Shown piece after piece: positions 36,713 to 44,378 of a DNA stretch of 45,975 bases (position 1 is its first letter; each line of letters starts with the position of its first letter). Source of the DNA: Alphaproteobacteria bacterium. Lineage in GTDB: Bacteria; Pseudomonadota; Alphaproteobacteria; UBA6615. The translations under genes and the position numbers were made by a program. The stretch is taken from the NCBI GenBank assembly GCA_018666195.1, contig JABJAG010000221.1:1-45975 (forward strand). The letters run 5' to 3'. Below the pieces are notes generated by a model. The model was not told where the DNA came from, searched no databases, and saw nothing but the letters and a program-made list of their open reading frames with translations.

Positions 36713-39028
36713 TCAATCCAGAGGCCCGAAATCCGGAGGTGACACCCGTCGCCGGGAGACAGCCTCATAAGCTGATGCAATTCGCAGCAAACTGTCCTCC
36801 GTACCCGGCTCCGAGCGGAACACGAGCGAGAACGGCAGTCCCGGTGCCGCCAACGCAGTGGGCTCCCGCGACGGCGAGGAAACATACTTTGTTCCATCTT
36901 CATTCAACTTGTAGACAGGGTCGTAAGCTGTCGAGACATAACCGGCAGGGACCAACATTTCAGTCAGGCCCGCGTTCGGGCCATAGAGGCTCTCGGGTCG
37001 CAAATTGTTGGACGTATCGTGCTGCAATGGGCCACCAATAATTCCGGGTGGCCATGGCGTGTGCAGACGCACGAACGCGTTCAGATTGTTCTCGATCAGC
37101 ACCATCATATCAACACGGCGGAGCAGCTCGCGCAGCATGATCCGCTCATTCACGCCCTGGCGCCCATCAAGCGCATTGCGAGGGTCAGAGGTTTCCTCCC
37201 AGTTCAGGAACCCTGAACGCTGGTCGTCGCCCCAGAACTTGGACCGCGCGTTCAAGGCGGCCCAATTGTCGAGTGCCTCATGGAAACCTGCCGCCTTCCA
37301 ATCTTCCGCCCGGCGCATCAGATACTGACTGATATGAAAACGGAAGGTCGTTGCAAGTTCCTGGTGCTGGATCGTTGCGATGTCGAAATTGGCCGGCGGC
37401 TCGACGGCTCCTTCGGCGAGTGCAACACAATAATCAATGGAATCCATCGTACCCTTGCCGAAGGTTTTCCCCGGCTGGAATTCCGTCGGACGGATCGCGT
37501 CTTCAAACTCCTTAAATAAAGGCGTCCCATCCGGGGCCAGACGGAAAAGCACATCCGGCATGAAAACCGGCAGAAGCTTTGCCAGCGCCCGCCGGAAGTC
37601 GGGCACCAACTGCTCCATGTCCGGATCCGGTGTCCAGAGCAAATCACCGGACTCGACCAGTGTGGCCCCCAGTCGCCCACCAAGGACATCCTTGATCTCG
37701 GCTGTTACGGCATCGACGATGGGTTTCTCGGTCAGAGAGTCCTTTGGATAGACCATCGACTCCCGCACCACGCCGAGGCGAATGCCCTTGAGCGCGCCGG
37801 CCGAAACATCATTGGAAAGGTGGGACGCATAGGGCGTATCGAGAACGGAGGAACGCGGCACGGTTGTATAGGGGTCACGCGGGTCATAATAACCGTTCTC
37901 GGAATCCTTGAGCGCATCAAGAATCTTCGCGCAATCGGGCAGCGAGCGGCCGTGAATACCTGAGCGATCGCAATAGATGTCCGCGCCAATCGCACCACCA
38001 TCAAAGCCGAGCATCGACTTGTGGGGCAGGATCAGGGCCACCGAATTGTGATTGGAGGGACCACGGCAGGAGGCGCGGGTTTCCTCACCCAAACTCGCCA
38101 TCACCAGATTGGTACTGACCGACAGAGCCGAGCCCGAACTCGATCCCAAAGAGGCCGCACGGGTCGTGTCATAGGGGTTAGAAGGATTTCCGCCCCAGGT
38201 CGCCCGCTGATAGCCCAGCGTCGAAGGCAACACCTTGTCCGGGTGATTGCGACCACCCGGATCGCCAGCACGGCCGTTATATTCCGTGTTCACAGCCTTG
38301 GCGAAAATGATCGCACCCTTTCTGCGCAGCTGGTCAACCAGCACGTGATCACGGGCGGGGAAATCATTGTCGTAGGCAGCATCCGCACCCCCGGTGGAGC
38401 GCATATCTATCGTGTCGAAGGGATCCTTAAAGGAGAAGGTCACCCCATACATCGGCAAGGCATCCAAATCGGGTTCGGTGCCATATTCCGCGTCCAGTTC
38501 TGCCGCTCGCTCGAGCGCATCAGGGAACTGTCGGAACATCTCGCACACCGGCGGTGCGCCAGCCGGGAGCGGTCCCTCAGAAGGGTTCTTGTCGAATTCA
38601 CCCCAGCAGGTAACCGAACGTTCGCCACGGATATTGAGGGTGGATAAAGCGTTGACCTGCCCGGCGCTGGGAACGCCGGCAATCATACCAAACTGCTGTT
38701 CGACATCCGGCTTGGAGGCCGTGGCCTCCATACGCCCGTATTCCAGCGGTGGACCTTTGTATTTGTCCAGATCAGGCAGAACGTCTGATACGGGAATGGT
38801 CTCGGTCGGAAATTTCAGCGGGGCGCCAGCACGCACGACGCCCGTGGACGCCGGGACGGATTTGCCGTCCTCCGTCACCAGCATGCTGGAAACACCATTA
38901 TAGGCCCGAGCACGATCAATATACTGCTGCACAACCGCAACCAGCGTGGTTTCCCCCGCGCGAATAGCTGCGTGCAAATCGTCGATTGAAGCCTCAACGA
39001 CGTCAAATTTATCCGAACCCGTTCCCAT
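36713..39028 (-). CDS. amidase-signature family protein, unusually large (771 aa)
   Basis: Start chosen at the ATG at 39028, with GAGGGA Shine-Dalgarno 5-6 nt upstream. Lys motif FSFKDPFDT and a Gly/Ser-rich signature SLGSSSGSALSVSTNLVMASLGEETRASCRGPS. Carries large extra N-terminal and C-terminal regions. Confidence 0.85.
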   Translation of the reverse strand: MGTGSDKFDVVEASIDDLHAAIRAGETTLVAVVQQYIDRARAYNGVSSMLVTEDGKSVPASTGVVRAGAPLKFPTETIPVSDVLPDLDKYKGPPLEYGRMEATASKPDVEQQFGMIAGVPSAGQVNALSTLNIRGERSVTCWGEFDKNPSEGPLPAGAPPVCEMFRQFPDALERAAELDAEYGTEPDLDALPMYGVTFSFKDPFDTIDMRSTGGADAAYDNDFPARDHVLVDQLRRKGAIIFAKAVNTEYNGRAGDPGGRNHPDKVLPSTLGYQRATWGGNPSNPYDTTRAASLGSSSGSALSVSTNLVMASLGEETRASCRGPSNHNSVALILPHKSMLGFDGGAIGADIYCDRSGIHGRSLPDCAKILDALKDSENGYYDPRDPYTTVPRSSVLDTPYASHLSNDVSAGALKGIRLGVVRESMVYPKDSLTEKPIVDAVTAEIKDVLGGRLGATLVESGDLLWTPDPDMEQLVPDFRRALAKLLPVFMPDVLFRLAPDGTPLFKEFEDAIRPTEFQPGKTFGKGTMDSIDYCVALAEGAVEPPANFDIATIQHQELATTFRFHISQYLMRRAEDWKAAGFHEALDNWAALNARSKFWGDDQRSGFLNWEETSDPRNALDGRQGVNERIMLRELLRRVDMMVLIENNLNAFVRLHTPWPPGIIGGPLQHDTSNNLRPESLYGPNAGLTEMLVPAGYVSTAYDPVYKLNEDGTKYVSSPSREPTALAAPGLPFSLVFRSEPGTEDSLLRIASAYEAVSRRRVSPPDFGPLD

Positions 39029-39029
39029 T

Positions 39030-39098
39030 ACGTCCCTCATGAATTGATTGGACCAATGATGTCTGGGCCAAACCAAAAAATCCAGTCATGAGGGACGT
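39030..39098 (-). promoter_or_regulatory. 13-bp perfect inverted repeat / RNA hairpin covering the amidase ribosome-binding site
   Basis: ACGTCCCTCATGA (39030..39042) and TCATGAGGGACGT (39086..39098) are exact reverse complements 43 nt apart. In the minus-strand mRNA the 3-prime arm contains the GAGGGA Shine-Dalgarno and ends 1 nt before the amidase ATG. Confidence 0.5.
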
Positions 39099-39112
39099 GA
39101 ACCTGCTCTTTG

Positions 39113-40399
39113 TTAAGCCTTGGAAAGCGCCTGATCGAGATCTGCGATAATGTCATCAGCGTGCTCGATCCCGATCGACAACCGCACATAACCCGGTGTG
39201 ACACCGGCTTGCAGCAGTTCCTCTGCCTGCATCTGACTGTGGGTCGTTGACGCCGGATGAATGGCCAGAGAGCGTGCATCACCAATATTGGCCACGTGAT
39301 AGAGCAGCTCCAGGGCATCGATAAACTTCTTGCCCGCTTCCAGACCGCCCTTCACTTCGATTCCGACCAGACCGCCGTAACCGCCATTCAGATGTGCATC
39401 CGCACGTTGACGGGATTCACCATCCATCAGACCCGGATAGATCACACGCTCGACCTTGTCATGACCATCAAGGAACGCAGAAACCCTAGCTGCGTTTTCG
39501 CAATGGCGCTCCATACGCAGCGGCAACGTTTCCAGGCCCTGAATGAACTGGAATGCGTTCTGAGGCGACATGGCCGCACCGATGTCACGCAACAGCGTGA
39601 CACGTGCCTTGAGAATGTAGGCAATCGGCCCCAGCGGCTTCACCGCCTCTGTCCAGACGGCACCGTGATAACTCGGATCCGGTTCGTTCAGCATCGGGAA
39701 ACGGTCTGCATGGGCTTCCCAGTCAAAATTACCGCCATCGATCAGCATGCCGCCAATCGAGGTGCCGTGACCGCCGATATATTTGGTGGTCGAGTACATG
39801 ACGATAGCCGCACCGTGATCGAGCGGTCGGCACAGCAAAGGTGCCGCCGTGTTGTCCATGATCAATGGCACCCCAAGCTCACGGCCGATGGCTGCGACGT
39901 CTGCAATCGGGAACACTTGCAGTTTCGGGTTCGGCAGGGTTTCGGCGTAGTAGGCGCGCGTCTTGTCATCCGTCGCAGCCCGGAAGGCTTCCGGGTCGGC
40001 CGGGTCCACGAAGCGGGCTTCAATCCCCATGTCGCGCATGGTGTTCTTAAACAGATTCCACGTGCCGCCATAGATGTCTGTGGAGCAGACAAAATTGTCG
40101 CCCGCGCGCGCGATGTTCAGAATCGAGAACATAGATGCTGACTGGCCCGATGACAGGCCAAGTGCGGCAACACCGCCCTCGATCGCAGCCAGCCGCTGCT
40201 CGAGCACATCCACGGTCGGGTTCATGATCCGGGTGTAAATGTTCCCCAGTTCCGCCAGTGCAAACAGGTTTCCTGCATGTTCGGTATCGCGGAACTGGTA
40301 GCTCGTCGTCTGATGAATCGGCACGGCAACCGACCCGGTGGTCGGGTCAGCACGATGGCCGGCATGCAAAGCGAGTGTCTCGGGGTGCTTGGTTGTCAT
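39113..40399 (-). CDS. metY: O-acetylhomoserine aminocarboxypropyltransferase / sulfhydrylase (PLP-dependent)
   Basis: ORF trimmed to MTTKHPETLALHAGHRADPTTGSVAVPIHQTTSY. Has STTKYIGGHG (PLP-Lys) and the C-terminal LSIGIEHADDIIADL typical of the Cys/Met-metabolism PLP family, MetY type. AGGAG Shine-Dalgarno upstream. Confidence 0.9.
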   Translation of the reverse strand: MTTKHPETLALHAGHRADPTTGSVAVPIHQTTSYQFRDTEHAGNLFALAELGNIYTRIMNPTVDVLEQRLAAIEGGVAALGLSSGQSASMFSILNIARAGDNFVCSTDIYGGTWNLFKNTMRDMGIEARFVDPADPEAFRAATDDKTRAYYAETLPNPKLQVFPIADVAAIGRELGVPLIMDNTAAPLLCRPLDHGAAIVMYSTTKYIGGHGTSIGGMLIDGGNFDWEAHADRFPMLNEPDPSYHGAVWTEAVKPLGPIAYILKARVTLLRDIGAAMSPQNAFQFIQGLETLPLRMERHCENAARVSAFLDGHDKVERVIYPGLMDGESRQRADAHLNGGYGGLVGIEVKGGLEAGKKFIDALELLYHVANIGDARSLAIHPASTTHSQMQAEELLQAGVTPGYVRLSIGIEHADDIIADLDQALSKA

Positions 40400-40491
40400 A
40401 GTCGAACTCCTGATCTTCGTGCGTGTGCCATAGCCAGCCAGAACGCCGCCCCTATTACACATGTATTTTGGTGTTATTATTCTGTTAATAC

Positions 40492-40526
40492 GGACAATAC
40501 TCGTATTTTTTGAATTGTCCAGTCAA
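40492..40526 (-). promoter_or_regulatory. candidate promoter/operator of metY
   Basis: AT-rich gap. Inverted repeat GGACAAT-N15-ATTGTCC (40492..40520) lies next to a minus-strand TTGACT -35-like hexamer (40521..40526). Confidence 0.3.
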
Positions 40527-40545
40527 ACCAACGGATGAAAGCATA

Positions 40546-41241
40546 TTACCAATCGAATCCTGGCCCTGAACGCGCCGCCCCGTCATGCAGATCAAGGCAG
40601 CGATTCATCCAGGCGTGGATTGGGTCGTCAGGCGTGACCAGCGCGAAGGGGCTCATCTTGCGTGCCCAGATAAAAGTGCCCATGACCAGATAGTCGGCAT
40701 AGAGCGGCGCAGCACCTCCCAGAAACGGCTGATCGGCCAGCATCTGGCGCAGCGGACCCAACCGTTCGCGGAGCTCAACCCGGCGTTCCTCCCGCCCCTT
40801 CTCCAACGCGACGATGCTATTTCCGAAACGCTTCGCCCGGGTTTCGGCAAACCAGTCCTTGTCCTCCGGCACGAGATGATCGTGGATATCCCGCAGGATC
40901 ATCGGCATCACGAACAAATGCAGTCGCGTCCGCCACCATTGGCTGACAAAGGCCGTGAGGGCATGACCTGCGGCACCTCCAAACAGGGAGGGCCGGTCGG
41001 GATAGGTTGTTTCGAGATACTCTGCGATGGCCCAGCTGTCGCAGACCCAGGTCTCGCCGTCACGGATTACCGGCAGAGTCGGAAAAGAGCCGTCACCTAT
41101 CCTCGGGATGCTCGTAAACGGTGTCGGAACGGTTTCGAATGAGAGACCCTTGTGGGCCAACGCCGGGCGTATGCGCCAGCAATGGCTGGAAAACCGGCGG
41201 TCATCCGCACCAACCAGATCATAGAGAACGATCCTAGACAT
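40546..41241 (-). CDS. glutathione S-transferase family protein
   Basis: 231 aa. Thioredoxin-like N-terminal domain (IVLYDL...SSHCWRIRPALAHKGLSFETV...FPTLPVIRDGETWVCDSWAIAEYLE) plus a helical C-terminal domain. Starts 8 nt after the NHase alpha stop. Confidence 0.8.
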   Translation of the reverse strand: MSRIVLYDLVGADDRRFSSHCWRIRPALAHKGLSFETVPTPFTSIPRIGDGSFPTLPVIRDGETWVCDSWAIAEYLETTYPDRPSLFGGAAGHALTAFVSQWWRTRLHLFVMPMILRDIHDHLVPEDKDWFAETRAKRFGNSIVALEKGREERRVELRERLGPLRQMLADQPFLGGAAPLYADYLVMGTFIWARKMSPFALVTPDDPIHAWMNRCLDLHDGAARSGPGFDW

Positions 41242-41249
41242 CAGAGCGG

Positions 41250-41894
41250 TCAGGCAGGTTCAACCGGCAGCGCGCATCCGACCACAGAATCACGGGTGAT
41301 CAGCGCGGCGAGATCGTCTTCGCTCAGGCCTTCTGTGCCCGCGGGGCGCATGGGCATGATCACGTAACGCAGATCCGCATTGCTGTCGTGAACGGCAATA
41401 TCGACGGCATCGGGAATATCCACGCCGAATTCGCGCAACACCTTGCGCGGCTCGCGCACAGCCCGGGACCGATAGGCCTTGCTGACATAGAAGGCCGGAG
41501 GTTCCCCGAGCAAAGATCGCGGATAACAGGAACACAGGGTGCACACGACCATATTGTGCCGCTTCGGGGTGTTTTCGATGGTCACAAGCGCAGCTTCGGT
41601 GGCCTCAATACCAAGTTCGGCAGCCGCGGCCTTGGTATCGCTCAGCATCCGTTCTTTGTATGCGGGGTCGACCCAAGCTCGGGCAATCATCCGGGCGGCC
41701 TGATGCGGGCTGCCGCGCTCGTTGAATTCCATACGGGCGCGAATCTCATCCGCCGTCATCACCCCCTGCTCGATCAGCAGGCTCTTCAACGCGAGAAAGC
41801 GCGCCTCACCTTCGGTGAGTTCAAGGTCATCATCCTCGCGGGTTGGTGCATGGTCGTCATGATCGTGATCATGATTGTGTTCGTCACCGTTCAT
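41250..41894 (-). CDS. nitrile hydratase family alpha subunit, cobalt-type metal site, His/Asp-rich N-terminal tail
   Basis: Start at MNGDEHNHDHDHDDH, where its ATG shares one base with the upstream stop (TGATG). Metal motif VVCTLCSCYPR. Collinear with Co-NHase alpha (LIEQGV, AWVDPAYKERML, YRSRAVREPRKVL, RPAGTEGLSEDDLAALITRDS). Confidence 0.9.
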   Translation of the reverse strand: MNGDEHNHDHDHDDHAPTREDDDLELTEGEARFLALKSLLIEQGVMTADEIRARMEFNERGSPHQAARMIARAWVDPAYKERMLSDTKAAAAELGIEATEAALVTIENTPKRHNMVVCTLCSCYPRSLLGEPPAFYVSKAYRSRAVREPRKVLREFGVDIPDAVDIAVHDSNADLRYVIMPMRPAGTEGLSEDDLAALITRDSVVGCALPVEPA

Positions 41895-42199
41895 CACGAA
41901 TCCTCTCCGGCCGGAGCCAGCCAATGATCATAGATTTCAATTTCGAGAACATCTCCGGGCGCGCCGTCATAATCGGGCCAGATATCATCCTGTCTGAACT
42001 GCACCCGATACAACGGAATCGGCGGCAGACCCCAGCGGCCATAGGCCTTGTCCTCCGGGTTTTCGAACAAGCCGCAGAAGCGTTCAATGGTGCCCGTCTT
42101 ATGGCGCACATAAGTCGGGGTACGCACATGGCCGGGCTTGCCGATATCAAGGATACGCACCCTGTCTCCCACGCTATAGCTTGCGGTTGGCTCAGACAT
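41894..42199 (-). CDS. nitrile hydratase beta subunit, C-terminal-half protein (101 aa)
   Basis: MSEPTASYSVGDRVRILDIGKPGHVRTPTYVRHKTGTI...PLYRVQF...IW matches the C-terminal SH3-like half of NHase beta. Its start overlaps the upstream stop by 8 nt (ATGTCTGA). Confidence 0.85.
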   Translation of the reverse strand: MSEPTASYSVGDRVRILDIGKPGHVRTPTYVRHKTGTIERFCGLFENPEDKAYGRWGLPPIPLYRVQFRQDDIWPDYDGAPGDVLEIEIYDHWLAPAGEDS

Positions 42200-42509
42200 G
42201 ATCCCGTGTCCCTGCCGCCAGAATTTCCTGGGCTCGCTTGTCGAACGTATCCGCGTCGAGCACACCCTTCTCGATCAACAACCGGATCATCCCATCAAGG
42301 CGCCGACCATAGAATGTCGAGTTGGCGTAATATTCAGCGGGCATCTCTTCCACCGTGCGGCGGAATTCATCGGTGACGACGACACCCTTCACCTGCAGCA
42401 GATTGAAGGCAGCGATCATCTGCTTTTCCCAAAACAACTGATCGCGATCCTCCTGAGGCACGGCCCCGGCCGGTTCACCGCCAATATCGGTTACGAGCTT
42501 GTCCACCAT
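42192..42509 (-). CDS. nitrile hydratase beta subunit, N-terminal-half protein (105 aa)
   Basis: MVDKLVTDIGGEPAG...LFWEKQMIAAFNLL...DEFRRTVEEMPAEYYANSTFYGRRLDGMIRLLIEKGVL matches the helical N-terminal half of NHase beta. AGGA Shine-Dalgarno upstream. Confidence 0.85.
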   Translation of the reverse strand: MVDKLVTDIGGEPAGAVPQEDRDQLFWEKQMIAAFNLLQVKGVVVTDEFRRTVEEMPAEYYANSTFYGRRLDGMIRLLIEKGVLDADTFDKRAQEILAAGTRDHV

Positions 42510-42543
42510 GGAATTGTCCTGCTTGTGGTTTTTTGTCCTGCCT

Positions 42544-42819
42544 TCAAAGGCGTCGGTACAGTTTCACCGCCGAATAGAGCGCCGCCAGAGTTGCCACGAA
42601 AAACCCGCCAAACAACGCGACGGGTGAGACGTCCCATGCAAATTGTCGGGCGAGATCGTAAACAACATAGATTGAAAATGTCAGCGCCAGACCGAGCATG
42701 AATGTCTTGCCGCGCAGCGCAATCACCAGAAAAATGCCGGCAATCACGGCCTCAAGTGCGATGGAGACGAATTGAAGGTTTTCGATCATAGCTGAAAGCC
42801 TACCCCAATCCGTCTCCAC
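42544..42819 (-). CDS. hypothetical small membrane protein (3 TM, 91 aa)
   Basis: GTG start preceded by an AAGGA Shine-Dalgarno that overlaps the ALDH stop codon. An alternative ATG lies at 42789. Three hydrophobic segments, no known motif. Confidence 0.55.
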   Translation of the reverse strand: METDWGRLSAMIENLQFVSIALEAVIAGIFLVIALRGKTFMLGLALTFSIYVVYDLARQFAWDVSPVALFGGFFVATLAALYSAVKLYRRL

Positions 42820-42827
42820 GCGAGTCC

Positions 42828-44270
42828 TTAAAGGCCAGCCTGGGTGATGAACTTGGTGTTCAGGTAGGCATCGATGGCCTCCGAACCACCTTCCGAGCCA
42901 TAGCCCGAATCCTTGACACCACCGAACGGTGTTTCGATCAACCCGATCCCATGATGGTTGATCGAGACCATGCCGCTTTCAAATGCCGAGCCAATAGCTT
43001 CGGCGGTCTTTGTGGACTTGGTGTAAGCATAAGCGGCCAGCCCGTAATCAAGGCGATTGGCTTCGGCGACAACGGCATCAAAATCCGAGAAGGATGAGAT
43101 CGGTGCGACCGGACCAAACGGCTCTTCATTCATGATCCGGGCATCCAGCGGCACATCTGTCATCACCGTCGGCTCAAAGAAGTAACCCTTGTTGCCCTTG
43201 CGCTTGCCACCCGTCTGAAGTGTGGCGCCCTTGCCAACGGCATCAGAGACAAAGCCCTCGATCGCATCGATCCGACGGTCATGCGCCAGCGGGCCCATCT
43301 TGTTGTCCGGGTCCATGCCATCACCGACCGGCAGAGTGGATGCGAATTCGGTGAAGCCCTCAACGAACCGGTCATAATGCTTTTCGTGGACCAGGAAGCG
43401 GGTCGGGGACACGCAGACCTGTCCGGCATTGCGGAATTTGTTGGCCGTCAGCACCTTGAGCGCAACTTCCACATCTGCATCTTCAAACACAATGGCCGGA
43501 GAATGGCCACCCAGTTCCATGGTCACCCGCTTCATGTGCTGACCGGCCAGCGCCGCCAACTGTTTGCCAACGGCTGTCGAGCCGGTGAAGGTCACCTTGC
43601 GAATGGTGCGATGGGGAATCAGATACTCGGAAATCTCCGCCGGGACGCCATATACCAGATTGACCACACCGTCGGGCAGCCCAGCATCAACGAAGCATCG
43701 GACCAATGCCGCGCAACTCGCAGGGGTCTCTTCCGGGCCCTTCAGAATGATCGAGCAACCTGCCGCAACAGCGCCCGAGAGTTTACGAACAGCCTGATTG
43801 ATCGGGAAGTTCCAGGGCGTGAAGGCCGCGACCGGACCCACCGGCTCTTTCACCACCATCTGAGTCACGCCACCCATACGCGCCGGGATCACCCAACCAT
43901 ATGTCCGGCGGGCTTCTTCAGCGAACCAATCGATAATGTCGGCCCCAAACAGGGTTTCAAGCTTGGCTTCGCCAAGCGGCTTGCCCTGCTCCATCGTCAT
44001 CATCGCGCCAATTTCATCGGCGCGCTCGCGAACCAGATTGGCCGCTTTGCGCATGACGTTGTAACGCTCCATCGCGGAGACTTCTTTCCAAACGCGGAAA
44101 CCCGTTTCTGCTGCTTCCAGGGCAGCATCCAGATCCGCGATCCGGGCATGGGCCACATTGCCGATCGGCTCTTCGGTCGCCGGGTTGAGAACGTCGATCG
44201 TCTCTCCGGCCGCAGCTGGCATCCATTTGCCGGCGATGTGAAGTTCGGTGTTCGGGTAGGCGTTGGTCAT
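42828..44270 (-). CDS. NAD(P)-dependent aldehyde dehydrogenase, succinate-semialdehyde dehydrogenase-like
   Basis: 480 aa. [20 protein letters not shown], catalytic Glu MELGGHSP, catalytic Cys [21 protein letters not shown]. Confidence 0.9.
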   Translation of the reverse strand: MTNAYPNTELHIAGKWMPAAAGETIDVLNPATEEPIGNVAHARIADLDAALEAAETGFRVWKEVSAMERYNVMRKAANLVRERADEIGAMMTMEQGKPLGEAKLETLFGADIIDWFAEEARRTYGWVIPARMGGVTQMVVKEPVGPVAAFTPWNFPINQAVRKLSGAVAAGCSIILKGPEETPASCAALVRCFVDAGLPDGVVNLVYGVPAEISEYLIPHRTIRKVTFTGSTAVGKQLAALAGQHMKRVTMELGGHSPAIVFEDADVEVALKVLTANKFRNAGQVCVSPTRFLVHEKHYDRFVEGFTEFASTLPVGDGMDPDNKMGPLAHDRRIDAIEGFVSDAVGKGATLQTGGKRKGNKGYFFEPTVMTDVPLDARIMNEEPFGPVAPISSFSDFDAVVAEANRLDYGLAAYAYTKSTKTAEAIGSAFESGMVSINHHGIGLIETPFGGVKDSGYGSEGGSEAIDAYLNTKFITQAGL

Positions 44271-44378
44271 TGAGGTGTTCCCTGAGAAAGTCGTTTCGGT
44301 TTGAATTTCACGTAGTATGCCACAGCCGGGCGCAGGAAAAGAGTCCGACCGGTCGCAAATTGCGGGTTTGTTTTCGCC

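Noticed and set aside
40400-40545. Possible SAM-II/SAM-V riboswitch in the metY leader, which is common upstream of metY/metX/metA in Alphaproteobacteria.
   Set aside because: On the coding strand I could not find the conserved AAAGC(U) element or a matching pseudoknot arrangement. A covariance-model scan (SAM-II, SAM-V, SAM-SAH) would settle this.
41250-41894. NHase-alpha-like sequence as an NHLP-type RiPP precursor peptide.
   Set aside because: The metal-binding CTLCSC motif is intact, the protein is full length, both beta halves are encoded upstream, and there are no cyclodehydratase, radical-SAM or export-protease genes.
41894-42509. The split beta subunit as a frameshifted pseudogene.
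   Set aside because: Each half has its own start codon placed in a start/stop overlap, both halves are uninterrupted, and the central linker is missing rather than out of frame. The same split is known in characterised enzymes. Resequencing would still be a prudent check.
43281-44273. Long ORFs antisense to well-supported genes. Examples: 43281..44273(+), 39257..40141(+), 6765..7568(+), 26243..27010(+), 38021..38647(+), 1479..2156(-), 23682..24305(-), 17654..18061(+).
   Set aside because: These are typical shadow ORFs of GC-rich DNA. Their translations are Arg/Pro/Gly/His-rich with no motifs, and each lies fully inside a gene with clear family signatures on the other strand.
44346-44355. 10-bp palindrome CGACCGGTCG in the CMD-ALDH spacer, considered as a possible terminator.
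   Set aside because: It has no loop and no adequate U-tract, so it cannot form a credible intrinsic terminator.
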